DNA of 64,000 nt from an uncultured Candidatus Binatia bacterium (GTDB lineage Bacteria > Desulfobacterota > Binatia > UBA9968 > JAJDTQ01), in contig OZ251459.1 of assembly GCA_965242525.1 (NCBI GenBank), positions 32,001 through 96,000 of the forward strand, in the 5' to 3' direction. The position numbers were made by a program, and so were the translations under genes. The notes under the pieces are model-generated. The model searched no databases, was not told the origin of the DNA, and saw only the letters and a list, made by a program, of their open reading frames with translations. Positions 18,717 through 29,035 of the stretch are shown in pieces (within the stretch, counting starts at the first letter, position 1; every line of letters begins with the position of its first letter).

Positions 18717-20423
18717 ATGGCTATGGAATACGACCTGCTGATACGCGGCGGCCGCGTGGCCGACGGTTCCGGGCTGCCGTCCCATTCCGCGGACGTGGGC
18801 GTGAAGGACGGCAAGATCGCCGAGGTGGGCCGCCTCAAGGGGTCGGCGAGCCGGACCATCGACGCCGCGGGACTGGTGGTGTCTCCGGGGTTCATCGACC
18901 ACCACACCCACATGGACGCCCAGATCCTGTGGGACCCCTACGGCACCTCCGAGCCGCAGCACGGCATCACCTCCGTCGTCATGGGGAACTGCGGCCTGGC
19001 CCTGGCGCCGGTGGATGAAGGCGGCGAAGACGCGCTGGTGAAGAGCTTCGTGCGGGTGGAGGCCATCCCCCGCTTCGCCCTGGAGAAAGGCGTCCAGTGG
19101 CGTTGGCGCACCTACGGCGAGTACCTCGACGCGCTGGAAGGCAGGCTCGGGATCAACGCCGGGGGCCTGGTGGGACACATCGCCGTGCGCCAGAACGTCA
19201 TGGGCGAGGAGTCGGTGGAACGCAAGGCCACCGCGGGCGAGGTGCACAGGATGAAGGGCTTGGTCCGGGACGCCATGGACGCCGGCGCCCTGGGGTTCTC
19301 CACCAACCGCAACGAACGGCACATGAGGGAGGACGGCAAGCCCGTGGCCAGCCGGCTCGCGGACGACGAGGAGCTGTTCGCCCTTTGCGACGTGTTGGGG
19401 GAGCGCAACAGCGGCATCATCGAGACCATACTCGGGCGCAACCGCATGGAGCATTTCGACTACTACCACGAGCTCGCCCGCCGGACCCAGCGCCCCATCA
19501 TCTGGCAGAGCGTGCACCATCGCTGGGCCGAGCCGACCCTCTGGCAGGAACAGCTCGACGCGGTGTCGCGGATATTCCGGGACGGCTACCGCGCCTACGG
19601 GCTGACCCAGACGGTCCCCCTCGTCCGCCACTTCAACCTTCGGAACGCCCAGCTCTTCGACGAGTTCCCCCACTGGAAGAACATCATGTTCCTGCCGGTG
19701 GAAGTGCGCCAGCAGGCGTTCGCCGACCCGGCCACCCGCGAGAAGCTGCGCGAGGACCTGGCCACCGAGCGCATGACCAACTTCCACCGGCGCTGGGACA
19801 TCGTGCAGGTGGAGAAGGTCGTCAAGGAGGAGAACCGGCGGTACGAGGGCATGAGCGTGGCCGACATGGCGGCCATGCGCAACCAGGAACCCCTCGACGC
19901 ATTCCTCGACCTGTCGTTGGACGAGGACTTGCTCACCACTTTCCAGAACGCCAACACGGGCGGGGACGCCCAGGCCATGGGAGAGATCCTGCGCAGCCCC
20001 TACGTGCTGGTGGGCACGTCGGACGCCGGCGCCCACGTGCTGTACGGCGCCGACTTCGGCTACGGCACCACGCTGCTGGGGTTGTGGGTGCGGGAGCGCG
20101 GCCTGATGACGCTGGAAGAGGCGGTGCACAAGCTCACCTTCCACGTGGCCTCGGTCTATGGATTGGAGGGGAGGGGACTGATACGGCCCGGGTACGCCGC
20201 GGACCTGACGTTGTTCGACCCGGAGACCGTGCGCGCGCACGAACCCGAATGGGCCGAGGACTACCCGGCCGGCACCAGGCGCCTGATCCAGCGGTCCGAC
20301 GGCATCCACTACACCATCGTGAACGGCGGCGTGATCCATGAGGACGGCCGTTTGACCGGAGACCTCCCGGGGCAGGTCCTGCGAGGCTCAGCCTACGCTC
20401 CGACCCGGGCGGCCGCGGCCTGA
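18717..20423 (+). CDS. N-acyl-D-amino-acid deacylase family amidohydrolase
   Basis: YDLLIRGGRVADGSG, PGFIDHHTHMD, GITSVVMGNCG, SDAGAH, RGLIRPGYAADL. Confidence 0.9.
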   Translation: MAMEYDLLIRGGRVADGSGLPSHSADVGVKDGKIAEVGRLKGSASRTIDAAGLVVSPGFIDHHTHMDAQILWDPYGTSEPQHGITSVVMGNCGLALAPVDEGGEDALVKSFVRVEAIPRFALEKGVQWRWRTYGEYLDALEGRLGINAGGLVGHIAVRQNVMGEESVERKATAGEVHRMKGLVRDAMDAGALGFSTNRNERHMREDGKPVASRLADDEELFALCDVLGERNSGIIETILGRNRMEHFDYYHELARRTQRPIIWQSVHHRWAEPTLWQEQLDAVSRIFRDGYRAYGLTQTVPLVRHFNLRNAQLFDEFPHWKNIMFLPVEVRQQAFADPATREKLREDLATERMTNFHRRWDIVQVEKVVKEENRRYEGMSVADMAAMRNQEPLDAFLDLSLDEDLLTTFQNANTGGDAQAMGEILRSPYVLVGTSDAGAHVLYGADFGYGTTLLGLWVRERGLMTLEEAVHKLTFHVASVYGLEGRGLIRPGYAADLTLFDPETVRAHEPEWAEDYPAGTRRLIQRSDGIHYTIVNGGVIHEDGRLTGDLPGQVLRGSAYAPTRAAAA

Positions 20424-20490
20424 TCCCTTCGAGGGGCGGCGAGGCGCAGGCGCTGCCGGCGTCGAGACCCGAGCCGACTGGGGAGGACGT

Positions 20491-20808
20491 GTGGGAGTGA
20501 GTTACATTCCGGTGGCCCGCACCGGCGAGCTGGAGCCCGGACAGAGGAAAGCCGTGGAGTTGAGCGGCCGCGCCGTCGTGCTGGCGCGCCTGGGAGACCG
20601 CTACTTCGCGTTTTCCCGTTATTGCCCCCACGAGAACGCGGACCTCCTGAACGGCGTCATCGCCGCGGGGAAGGTCCGCTGCGACAACCACGGCTATTGT
20701 TTCGACCTCGGCACCGGAGATTGCGTGCTGCCCAGGGACGGCGAGCCGCTGACGGTCCTCCCGGTGGAAGAACGGGAGGACGACGTCTGCATTCGCATCG
20801 AGTGGTAG
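20491..20808 (+). CDS. Rieske [2Fe-2S] ferredoxin
   Basis: CPHE...CDNHG Rieske ligands, FDLGTG. Confidence 0.9.
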   Translation: MGVSYIPVARTGELEPGQRKAVELSGRAVVLARLGDRYFAFSRYCPHENADLLNGVIAAGKVRCDNHGYCFDLGTGDCVLPRDGEPLTVLPVEEREDDVCIRIEW

Positions 20809-20834
20809 GCGCAGACGTTCACGAAAACAGGGAA

Positions 20835-20974
20835 GGAACCTCTGAACAATCGGGCAGAGGGCATGAGAGCGTCCTTCGACTTCGCTTCGCTACGCTCAGG
20901 ACGAACGGGAATAGGGGTGTCAGGGCGAGGGAATCGCGAATCCGTCCTGGATGTCTCGATTGTTCAGAGGTTCC
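20835..20974 (+). mobile_element. 140-bp MITE-like element with perfect 18-bp TIRs
   Basis: GGAACCTCTGAACAATCG ... CGATTGTTCAGAGGTTCC. Confidence 0.75.
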
Positions 20975-21060
20975 GGAACTCCGTTCCCCTCCTCAAGAGG
21001 GAGGGAACGTCAGGCTGTGAGACCCTGCCCACGCGAAAGCCGGAAGAGCCACAACCATCC

Positions 21061-21100
21061 CCGTTCGTCCTGAGCGTAGCGAAGCGGAGTCGAAGGACGC
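21061..21100 (-). repeat. REP core inverted relative to the copy near 20870
   Basis: CCGTTCGTCCTGAGCGTAGCGAAGCGGAGTCGAAGGACGC. Confidence 0.8.
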
Positions 21101-21153
21101 TCTTTCCCGAGGGAACCCAAGCCGGAATCCATGAGACGTTCCCGGCGCGAAGG

Positions 21154-22068
21154 ATGGCGATGAACCGGTTCGACGCGGTCCTCCTCATCGCGTTCGGGGG
21201 GCCGGAGAACTCCGACGAAGTCCGCCCTTTCCTCGAACGGGTCACCGCGGGTCGGCGCATACCGCGGGCCCGCCTCGACGAGGTGGTTCGCCATTACGAG
21301 CGCATCGGCGGCCGTTCGCCGCTGAACGAGTTGACCCGCCGGCAGGCGGACGCGCTACGGCGGAGGCTCGCCCGGGACGGCGTCCACATGCCGGTGTACA
21401 TGGGGATGCGCAACTGGCGTCCGTTCCTGCACGAGACCCTGGCGGAGATGGGGGCCGGGGGGCATCGCCGGGTGTGGGGGATCATCCTTTCCGCCTTTCG
21501 GACCGAGGCGTCCTGGGACCGCTACGTGGCCAGCGTGGAAGCCGCCTGCGCGCGGCCCGGCGCCCCGACGGTGGAGTACGCGCAGCCGTGGTCGCACCGT
21601 CCGTCGTTCGTCCGGGCGGTGGCCGACCGAATTGCGTCCGCCATCGAAGGCATTCCGAGAGAGCATCGGAGCGCGCCGCTGGTCTTCACCGCCCACAGCG
21701 TTCCGCGGTCCATGGCCGACGGCTCCCCTTACGTGGAACAGTTCCGGGAAGCGTCGCGGCGTGTGGCCGAAGCACTGGGCCGGGCGGACTGGACGCTGGC
21801 GTACCAGAGCCGCAGCGGCCGACCCGAGGACCCCTGGCTCGGGCCGGACGTGACCGAGACCCTCGAGGGGTTGGCAAGAGCCGGGGAGAAGGCGGTCATC
21901 GCGGCGCCCATCGGTTTCGTCTGTGACCATGTGGAGGTCCTCTACGACCTCGACGTGGAGGCCCGGCAGCGCGCCCGGGAGCTGGGAGTGGGCTTCTACC
22001 GGGCGCCCGCGGTGAACGACCATCCCCTGTTCATCGACCTGCTGGCGGGGCTCGTGCCGCGGTCGTGA
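21154..22068 (+). CDS. hemH: Ferrochelatase
   Basis: LLIAFGGPE, HYERIGGRSPL, FTAHSVP, YQSRSG..WLGPD, GFVCDHVEVLYDLD. Confidence 0.95.
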   Translation: MAMNRFDAVLLIAFGGPENSDEVRPFLERVTAGRRIPRARLDEVVRHYERIGGRSPLNELTRRQADALRRRLARDGVHMPVYMGMRNWRPFLHETLAEMGAGGHRRVWGIILSAFRTEASWDRYVASVEAACARPGAPTVEYAQPWSHRPSFVRAVADRIASAIEGIPREHRSAPLVFTAHSVPRSMADGSPYVEQFREASRRVAEALGRADWTLAYQSRSGRPEDPWLGPDVTETLEGLARAGEKAVIAAPIGFVCDHVEVLYDLDVEARQRARELGVGFYRAPAVNDHPLFIDLLAGLVPRS

Positions 22069-22084
22069 AAGCCCGCAGGCCTTG

Positions 22085-22113
22085 TTGACCCTCGCGGGTC
22101 CTGCCGATAGGAT
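22085..22113 (+). promoter_or_regulatory. Putative sigma70 promoter upstream of the MITE and SBP gene
   Basis: TTGACC-17bp-TAGGAT. Confidence 0.5.
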
Positions 22114-22178
22114 CGTGGAAGCAGGCGGGAGTCGTCCGGGGCGTCCCGCCCAGGTCCGCGGCGCGGGAGAGGATCCAT

Positions 22179-22312
22179 GGAACCTCTGAACGATCGGGAC
22201 GGAGGCAAGGGCCCGTCCTTCGACTCCGCTTCGCTACGCTCAGGACGAACGGGGACAGGGCAGTCAGGGTGAGGGAATCCATCCCGGATGTCTCGATCGT
22301 TCAGAGGTTTCC
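22179..22312 (+). mobile_element. MITE-like element with TIRs
   Basis: GGAACCTCTGAACGATCG ... CGATCGTTCAGAGGTTTCC. Confidence 0.75.
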
Positions 22313-22314
22313 AG

Positions 22315-23331
22315 ATGTTCCTCGTGTGGCGCGGGCCATCATGCGCGCTTGCGGCTGCCGTCGTCGGGGTATTGACGTTCGTTTCCGCGGCTTCGGCAGC
22401 CGAACCCGGAAGGCCGCTGCGGGTGGCCTTCGCCGGCTTCGGCGTGGGGGCGGTGGTGACCTGGGTGGCCAGGGACACGGACCTGTTCGCCAAGTACGGT
22501 CTCGACGCCCGCACGGTTTACCTCGACGGGGCCGCGGCCGGCGGGGTCCGGTCCCTGCTGGGCACGGACGTCCTCGTGGTCTCCCAGGACGTGCTGGCGC
22601 CCTTGCAGGCGGTCAGCGAAGGCGCCGACCTCGTGTTCGTGGGGGCCCACGGGAGCCCGGAGGACTACCGCTTCGGGGTGGCTTCCTACGTGGACGACCT
22701 CGTGCAGCTCAAGGGCAAGAAGGTAGGGGTGTCGGGCCTCGGCAGGAAGTCCGACCTGGTTGCGCGGGTGGCCCTGAGACGCGCGGGACTGGACCCGGTG
22801 GAAGACGTGGAGATGGTCCCCATCGGCTATTCGCCCCAGAGGGCGGCCGCCCTCTACCGCAACGTGGTCCAGGGGGCCCCTCTGGTTCCGCAGGTGGCCG
22901 CGGAGGCGCAACGGGCGGGCGTCAAGGTCCTGGAGATCGGCGAGGTCAACCTGGTGACCGACCTGCTGGTGACCACCAGGGACTTCGCCAACCGGAACCC
23001 CAACCTGTTGCGGCGTTTCCTGATGGCGTACGTGAACGGCGTCCAGCACTTCCTGACCGAACGCGCGGACAGCATGCGGATCATGGAGAAATACGTGGCC
23101 CTCGCCCGGGGGACTTCCCTGGCAGGGACCTACGGCTCCCTGGCGCGCCAACTGGACCCGCTCCCCCTGCCCCGGCCCGAGGCGGTCCAGGCCCTGATCG
23201 ACGCGGTCTCGGTCATCGACTCCCGCGCCAGGGAGATCCGGCCCGGCCACGTGCTGGAGCTGGACCTCCTGGAGCGGCTGCAAGAGACCGGCTTCGTCAA
23301 GGGACTGTACTCGGAGAAGGTGGAGCTCTAG
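22315..23331 (+). CDS. ABC transporter substrate-binding protein (NMT1/SsuA-like)
   Basis: Signal-peptide-like N-terminus, DLFAKYGLD, LKGKKVGVSGLG, GLDPVEDVEMV. Confidence 0.85.
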   Translation: MFLVWRGPSCALAAAVVGVLTFVSAASAAEPGRPLRVAFAGFGVGAVVTWVARDTDLFAKYGLDARTVYLDGAAAGGVRSLLGTDVLVVSQDVLAPLQAVSEGADLVFVGAHGSPEDYRFGVASYVDDLVQLKGKKVGVSGLGRKSDLVARVALRRAGLDPVEDVEMVPIGYSPQRAAALYRNVVQGAPLVPQVAAEAQRAGVKVLEIGEVNLVTDLLVTTRDFANRNPNLLRRFLMAYVNGVQHFLTERADSMRIMEKYVALARGTSLAGTYGSLARQLDPLPLPRPEAVQALIDAVSVIDSRAREIRPGHVLELDLLERLQETGFVKGLYSEKVEL

Positions 23332-23388
23332 TCGTCCGGGCAACGGCCCCTGCGCCCGGTCCCCGCCGGGCTCGCGCACGCGGCAAAA

Positions 23389-23417
23389 TTGCATTCCCCG
23401 GGCATATGCCCTAGAAT
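23389..23417 (+). promoter_or_regulatory. Putative sigma70 promoter of plsC-rnj-ftsK-lolA
   Basis: TTGCAT-17bp-TAGAAT. Confidence 0.6.
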
Positions 23418-23474
23418 GGAGGCAATCGGGGCTTCAGGCCGCCGACAGGCCCGGGCAGACGCGCCTTCAACCGC

Positions 23475-24236
23475 ATGTACACGCTAAAGCTGGCCCTTAT
23501 CGTCCTTGCAAGCATTCTCCAGAGCGTTCCCATCATCCTTTTCGGCTCACTGGACCCCTACGGCAAGCGGGTCTATCCGATGTTCCGCCTATGGTCCTGG
23601 TGCGTTCTCAAGACCGGCGGGGTGCGGCTGAGCGTCCGTCATGTCGGCCGTCCGGACCCCCGCGGCGCATACGTCTTCATGGCCAATCACCAGAGCAATA
23701 TCGACATCCCGGTGCTGGTGCAGGCGCTGGCGCCGTTCCAGTTGCGCTGGATGGCGAAACGGGAGCTGCTCCGGATCCCGTTCTTCGGCTGGGCGCTGTG
23801 GGCCTCCAAGCACGTGGTGGTGAACCGCGCGCGCCGGATGGAAGTGGCGGCGACCATGGCCAGCGCGTGCGAGAAGCTCGCCAACGGGGTCTCCGTGGTG
23901 GTGTTCCCCGAGGGGACGCGCAGTACGGACGGGCGGCTGCTGCCGTTCAAGCGGGGAGGGTTCCGCGTGGCCGAGAAGGCCGGGGTCCCCATCGTGCCCG
24001 TCACGATCAACGGCTCGGGCGGGCTGATGGGGCGGGGGGACTGGCGCCTCCGGTCCGGCCGGGTGGAGGTCGTCATCGGCGAGGCGGTCCCGCCGGGCGG
24101 TCCCGCGGACCGTTCCCGCCGGCAGATGGAGCAGGTGCGGGAGGCCATCGGCTCGCGCTTGGCGCCGCCCGCGGGCGCGGACCGGGGGACTTGGCCGACG
24201 CCGGGGCTTTCACCGTCTTCCGGACGCGAGGTGTAG
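23475..24236 (+). CDS. plsC: 1-acyl-sn-glycerol-3-phosphate acyltransferase
   Basis: NHQSNID, FPEGTRS, PFKRGGF. Confidence 0.93.
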   Translation: MYTLKLALIVLASILQSVPIILFGSLDPYGKRVYPMFRLWSWCVLKTGGVRLSVRHVGRPDPRGAYVFMANHQSNIDIPVLVQALAPFQLRWMAKRELLRIPFFGWALWASKHVVVNRARRMEVAATMASACEKLANGVSVVVFPEGTRSTDGRLLPFKRGGFRVAEKAGVPIVPVTINGSGGLMGRGDWRLRSGRVEVVIGEAVPPGGPADRSRRQMEQVREAIGSRLAPPAGADRGTWPTPGLSPSSGREV

Positions 24237-25892
24237 ATGAACCCTTTGAGGATCGTTCCCCTGGGAGGGCTGGGGGAGTTCGGCTGCAACATGCTGACGA
24301 TGGAGTGGGGCGACTCCATGATCGCGGTGGACTGCGGGGTCATGTTCCCGGGACCCGAGCTCCTGGGCATCGACCTGGTCATCCCCGACGTGAGCTACCT
24401 GACGGATCAGGGAAAGGTTCCCGACGCCATCGTCCTGACCCATGCCCACGAGGACCACATCGGCGCCTTGCCCTACCTCCTGCGCCGTTTCCGCGCGCCG
24501 GTGTACGGCACGCGCCTGACCCTGGCGTTCCTGCGCCACAAGCTGCGGGAGCACCGGCTGGAAGAGTCCACGGAGCTGGTGGAGATCGTTCCCGGAGAGC
24601 GTTTCGCCGTCGGCCCTTTCACGTTGGAGGGTATCCCCGTCACCCACAGCCTGGTCAACTGCGTGGCCCTGGCCATCGAGACGCCGGTGGGCGTCGTGGT
24701 CCACACCGGCGACTTCAAGATCGACAACACTCCCATGGACGGCGAAGGGTTCGACTTCCACCGCTTCGCCGCCTACGGCGACAAGGGCGTGCTGCTGCTG
24801 CTGTCGGACTCCACCAACGTGGAGCGCGAGGGTTGCACGCCCTCCGAGCGCTCGGTGGGACAGGGGCTCCGGGGGATCTTCGGGTCGAGTCCGGGGCGCA
24901 TATTCATCGCCACGTTCGCCTCCCACATCCCGCGCATCCAGCAGGTGGCGGAGCTCGCCTCCGAGTTCGGCCGCAAGCTGGTCCTCAGCGGACGGAGCAT
25001 CGTCAACAACACCGGCATCGCCGCGGACCTGGGCTACCTCCGCCTGCCCGACGACGTCATGACCGACGACCGGGACTGGCGGGACGTGCCCGACGACCAA
25101 CTCTGCTTCCTCACCACCGGAAGCCAGGGGGAGCCCATGTCGGTGCTCCACCGCGCGGCCTTCGACGAGCACCGGTCCATCAAGTTCCGGCCCGGGGACG
25201 CGGTGGCGTTGTCGGCCCGGTTCATCCCCGGAAACGAGAAGGTCATCGGCAGCCTCATCGACCACCTGTACCGCCGCGGCGCCCGGGTCCACTACGAGCG
25301 CGCCTCGGGGATACACGTCTCGGGGCACGCCAGCCGGGAAGAGCTGAAGACGATGATCCGGCTCACCCGTCCGCGCTACTTCGTTCCCGTGCACGGGGAG
25401 TTCCGGCAACTGTACAAACACGTGGAGCTCGCGCGCGCGGTGGGCGTGCCCGCGGACAACTGTTTCCTCATGGAGAACGGCGACGCCCTGGAGCTCACCC
25501 AAGGGGAGGCCGGGCGCGCGGAGCCGGTCCCGGCCGGCAAGGTCTTCGTGGACGGAAAGGGCATCGGCGACGTGGAGGACATCGTCATACGCGACCGCCG
25601 GCGCCTGAGCGAGGACGGGCTGGTGGTGGTGGCCATGGCGGTGCGCCGGCGGACGGGCGAGGTGGCGGCCGGCCCGGACCTGATGGCCCGGGGGTTCATG
25701 CGTTCGGAGGAGGAAGAGGACGTCCTCGGCACGGCCCGGGACTCGCTGCGGGCGTACATCGAGGGTTGCGGCGTCGAGACGCGCATGGACTCGGCCGAGC
25801 TCAAGGAAGGCATACGGCGGTCGCTGCGAAAGTTCTTCGAGAAGAGGCTGCACCGCAGGCCGGCCGTGGTGCCGTATATCATGGAGATGTAG
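24237..25892 (+). CDS. rnj: Ribonuclease J
   Basis: PLGGLGEFG, THAHEDHIGA, HTGDFKID, DSTN, TGSQGEP, HVSGHA, PVHGE. Confidence 0.97.
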   Translation: MNPLRIVPLGGLGEFGCNMLTMEWGDSMIAVDCGVMFPGPELLGIDLVIPDVSYLTDQGKVPDAIVLTHAHEDHIGALPYLLRRFRAPVYGTRLTLAFLRHKLREHRLEESTELVEIVPGERFAVGPFTLEGIPVTHSLVNCVALAIETPVGVVVHTGDFKIDNTPMDGEGFDFHRFAAYGDKGVLLLLSDSTNVEREGCTPSERSVGQGLRGIFGSSPGRIFIATFASHIPRIQQVAELASEFGRKLVLSGRSIVNNTGIAADLGYLRLPDDVMTDDRDWRDVPDDQLCFLTTGSQGEPMSVLHRAAFDEHRSIKFRPGDAVALSARFIPGNEKVIGSLIDHLYRRGARVHYERASGIHVSGHASREELKTMIRLTRPRYFVPVHGEFRQLYKHVELARAVGVPADNCFLMENGDALELTQGEAGRAEPVPAGKVFVDGKGIGDVEDIVIRDRRRLSEDGLVVVAMAVRRRTGEVAAGPDLMARGFMRSEEEEDVLGTARDSLRAYIEGCGVETRMDSAELKEGIRRSLRKFFEKRLHRRPAVVPYIMEM

Positions 25893-25901
25893 GCGGCGCT
25901 C

Positions 25902-28211
25902 ATGATGGAACACGGCTCTCGACTCAATCGTGAACTCTGGGGCGCGGTGGCTCTCGTGGGGGCCTGTTTCGCGGTGCTCAGCCTGGTTTCCTACAGCCCC
26001 CTGGACCGTTCCCTCAACGTGCCTTCCGGCTCCCGGGACCCCATCAACCTGGGCGGGGTGGTGGGCGCCTACCTGGCGGACCTGCTGCTGCAGGGGATGG
26101 GCCTCATCGCCTACCTCCTGCCCGTGGTCCTGGTGCTGCTTGCCGTCCGCCTCTTCCGCCGCGACCCCGGCAAGCTCAGGCTGTCCGCGGCCATCGGGTG
26201 CGCCCTGCTCCTGTGGGGTCTGGCCATCGCCGTCAGCCTCGTCCACGGAGTCGATCTGGCCCGGGACGGCGGCGGCGTGCTGGGCGGGTTCTCCCGGGCG
26301 TTCCTGACGGAGCTGTTCGGCTACGCCGGGACCTGCGTCATCACGCTGTTCCTGTTGCTGACCGCGGTCATGCTCCTGTCCCGGACCTCCATGCTGAACT
26401 GGGGGAGCCGGTTCGCGGAGACCCACCGGCAGTTCCGCTCCACCCTGGGCGGGGCCGCCTCGTCCGTCAGGGGGTCCTGGCGGACCGGGGTGGAGCGGAA
26501 ACCCCAGGCCAACGTCAAGAAGGAGCGCCGGGGCTTCACCGCGCCGCCCATCGTCCTGACGGAGGAGGCGGTGGAGGAGCCGCCCGGGGAAGCGCCGGAT
26601 GAGGCGCCGCCGGAGGAACCGGTCAAGGGACGCCGGAAGAAGGGCAAGGCCAAGCCCAGGCCGGAACCGGACCAGTTCGTGTTCCCGGAGCTCACGGACG
26701 GTTACGCGCTGCCCTCCCTGGCCTTCCTCGATTCCCCGCCGAACGAGAAGGTCGTCGTGGACAAGGAGACGCTGGAGGCCAACTCCCTGGTCTTGCAGCG
26801 GAAGCTCCAGGACTTCGGCATCCAGGGAGAGGTCCTGGCGGTGAGGCCCGGCCCGGTGATCACCGTCTATGAGTTCCGGCCCGCTCCCGGCGTCATGGTG
26901 CGCCGGATCACGGGCGTGGCGGACGACCTGGCCATGGCCCTCAGCGCGGTGAGCATCCGCATCCTGGCGCCGATACCGGGCGAGTCCGTGGTGGGCATCG
27001 AGGTCCCCAACACCCGGCGGGAGACGGTCTTCCTGAGGGAGGTCCTGGAAGCCCCGGTCTATGCGGACTCCGATTCGAGCCTGACCCTGGCCCTGGGCAA
27101 GGACATCGCCGGCGCTCCCTTTGCCGCGGACCTGGCCCGCATGCCCCACCTCCTGGTGGCCGGCGCCACCGGCACGGGCAAGTCCGTGTCCCTGAACTCG
27201 ATGATCCTGAGCATCCTGTACAAGGCCACGGCCGACGACGTCCGGTTCATCATGATCGACCCCAAGATGCTGGAGTTGACCCCCTACGAGGGACTGCCCC
27301 ACCTGCTGACGCCGGTGGTGACCGATCCCAAGGAAGCCCGGGCGGCGCTGCTCTGGGCGGTGCAGGAGATGGACCGCCGCTACCGGCTCATGCGCGACAA
27401 GGGCGCCCGCAACATCGACAACTACAACCGGATCATGGAGCGGGAGCCGCCCCCGGCCGAAGCCGCGGACGGAGACGGCCGGGACGGGGGGGACGCGCCC
27501 TGGGACGAGGAGGCGGTGGGCGGACGGCTGGACGGAAGCGAAGAGCTGGAGCACGGACGGTTGCCGCGGGTGGTGGTGCTCATCGACGAGCTGGCCGACC
27601 TGATGATGTCGGTGGGGCGCGACATCGAGGAGTACATCACGCGGCTGGCGCAGAAGGCGCGGGCCGCGGGGATCCACATGGTGCTGGCCACGCAGCGGCC
27701 GTCGGTGGACGTGATCACCGGACTCATCAAGGCGAACTTCCCCGCGCGGGTCTCCTTCCAGGTGACCTCCCGGGTGGACTCCCGCACCATACTGGACGGC
27801 ATGGGCGCGGAACAGCTCCTGGGCAACGGGGACCTGCTCTTCCTGCCTCCGGGGACCGCCCGGTTGCTCCGGCTCCACGGTCCCTTCGTCTCCAACGAGG
27901 AAATCCAGAAGGTGACCGAGTTCATCAAGCAACAGGGTCGGCCGCAATACCGCCCGGAGATCCTCGAGGCCGCGGCGGACGGCTCCGGGGAAGCGGGCGG
28001 CCCGGACGACGAATACGACGAGATGTACGACCAGGCGGTGGCGGTGGTGACCGAGACCAGGCAGGCGTCCATATCCATGGTGCAGCGGCGCCTGAGGGTG
28101 GGCTACAACCGCGCGGCGCGGATGATCGAGAAGATGGAGCGGGACGGCGTGGTGGGGCCTGCGGACGGGGCCCGGCCGCGAGAGGTCCTCGCGCAGAAGA
28201 TCGAGGAGTGA
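25902..28211 (+). CDS. ftsK: DNA translocase FtsK
   Basis: 4-TM N-terminus, PHLLVAGATGTGKS, IDELADLM, ATQRPS, gamma domain QRRLRVGYNRAAR. Confidence 0.97.
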   Translation: MMEHGSRLNRELWGAVALVGACFAVLSLVSYSPLDRSLNVPSGSRDPINLGGVVGAYLADLLLQGMGLIAYLLPVVLVLLAVRLFRRDPGKLRLSAAIGCALLLWGLAIAVSLVHGVDLARDGGGVLGGFSRAFLTELFGYAGTCVITLFLLLTAVMLLSRTSMLNWGSRFAETHRQFRSTLGGAASSVRGSWRTGVERKPQANVKKERRGFTAPPIVLTEEAVEEPPGEAPDEAPPEEPVKGRRKKGKAKPRPEPDQFVFPELTDGYALPSLAFLDSPPNEKVVVDKETLEANSLVLQRKLQDFGIQGEVLAVRPGPVITVYEFRPAPGVMVRRITGVADDLAMALSAVSIRILAPIPGESVVGIEVPNTRRETVFLREVLEAPVYADSDSSLTLALGKDIAGAPFAADLARMPHLLVAGATGTGKSVSLNSMILSILYKATADDVRFIMIDPKMLELTPYEGLPHLLTPVVTDPKEARAALLWAVQEMDRRYRLMRDKGARNIDNYNRIMEREPPPAEAADGDGRDGGDAPWDEEAVGGRLDGSEELEHGRLPRVVVLIDELADLMMSVGRDIEEYITRLAQKARAAGIHMVLATQRPSVDVITGLIKANFPARVSFQVTSRVDSRTILDGMGAEQLLGNGDLLFLPPGTARLLRLHGPFVSNEEIQKVTEFIKQQGRPQYRPEILEAAADGSGEAGGPDDEYDEMYDQAVAVVTETRQASISMVQRRLRVGYNRAARMIEKMERDGVVGPADGARPREVLAQKIEE

Positions 28212-28951
28212 CCCGGCGCATGGAAACCACGAGACCGCAGTTCCGCGAAACCGCATCTCCGCGCAGTGGGGGAAGGCGCCGGGCGAGGCGCGCCGGCGCC
28301 GTCGTCGGGTGGCTCGCGGCCGCGTTGGCCGCGTTCGTCCTGGCGCTGCCGGCCCGGGACGCCCGCGCCCAGGACGCCCAGGCCGTGGTCCGGGGCGTGC
28401 AGCAGCGCTACGACGCCACCGGGGACTACAGCGCCCGTTTCCGCCAGACCACCGAGTACCGCACCCTGAACCGGCGCATCGAGGGCAAGGGCCGCGTCTA
28501 TTTCAGCAAGCCGGGGCGGATGCTGTGGCGTTACGACGAGCCTGCCGGGCAGTTCGTGCTCTCCGACGGTCGCCACCTCTACTTCTATCAACCCGAGGAA
28601 CGACAGGTCATCAAGACCGCTTTCGGGTCGGCGTTCCGCTCGGACCTGCCGCTCTCGTTCCTGTTGGGCATCGGCGACCTGACCCGGGATTTCCGCGCCG
28701 AGTTGGCGGAAGGCTCCGGGGACGCCCACGTGCTGGAGCTCTCGCCCAGGAAGCCCGATACCGGGGTCCGCGAGGTGCGCCTGTCCGTGGACCCCGGCGC
28801 CCACGACATCCGGCAGGTGCGCATCGAGGACGCGGCCGGGAACCGCTGGACCTTCCGCTTCGACGACATCCGGCGCGGGGCGGGGTTGGACCCGTCGCTG
28901 TTCCGGTTGAAGGCGCCGGAAGGGGTCGATATCGTCGAGTTCGGCTCCTAG
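28208..28951 (+). CDS. lolA: Outer-membrane lipoprotein carrier protein LolA (start uncertain)
   Basis: ARFRQ, G.VYFSKPGRMLWRY, SDG..LYFY.PEERQV; follows ftsK. Confidence 0.88.
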   Translation: MTRRMETTRPQFRETASPRSGGRRRARRAGAVVGWLAAALAAFVLALPARDARAQDAQAVVRGVQQRYDATGDYSARFRQTTEYRTLNRRIEGKGRVYFSKPGRMLWRYDEPAGQFVLSDGRHLYFYQPEERQVIKTAFGSAFRSDLPLSFLLGIGDLTRDFRAELAEGSGDAHVLELSPRKPDTGVREVRLSVDPGAHDIRQVRIEDAAGNRWTFRFDDIRRGAGLDPSLFRLKAPEGVDIVEFGS

Positions 28952-29035
28952 CGTCCGCGCGGCCCCTGCCGGCCAAGCCGTTTGACTCCGACTCCGAATA
29001 GTGGTGAATTGAATCCTCTTCCAGGAGAGGCCAAC

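Noticed and set aside
24210-28256. Very long alternative-frame ORFs (also 11049-14564, 34957-39126, 46549-49578, 46920-49652, 51210-53540)
   Set aside because: Shadow ORFs expected in high-GC DNA, overlapping well-supported genes
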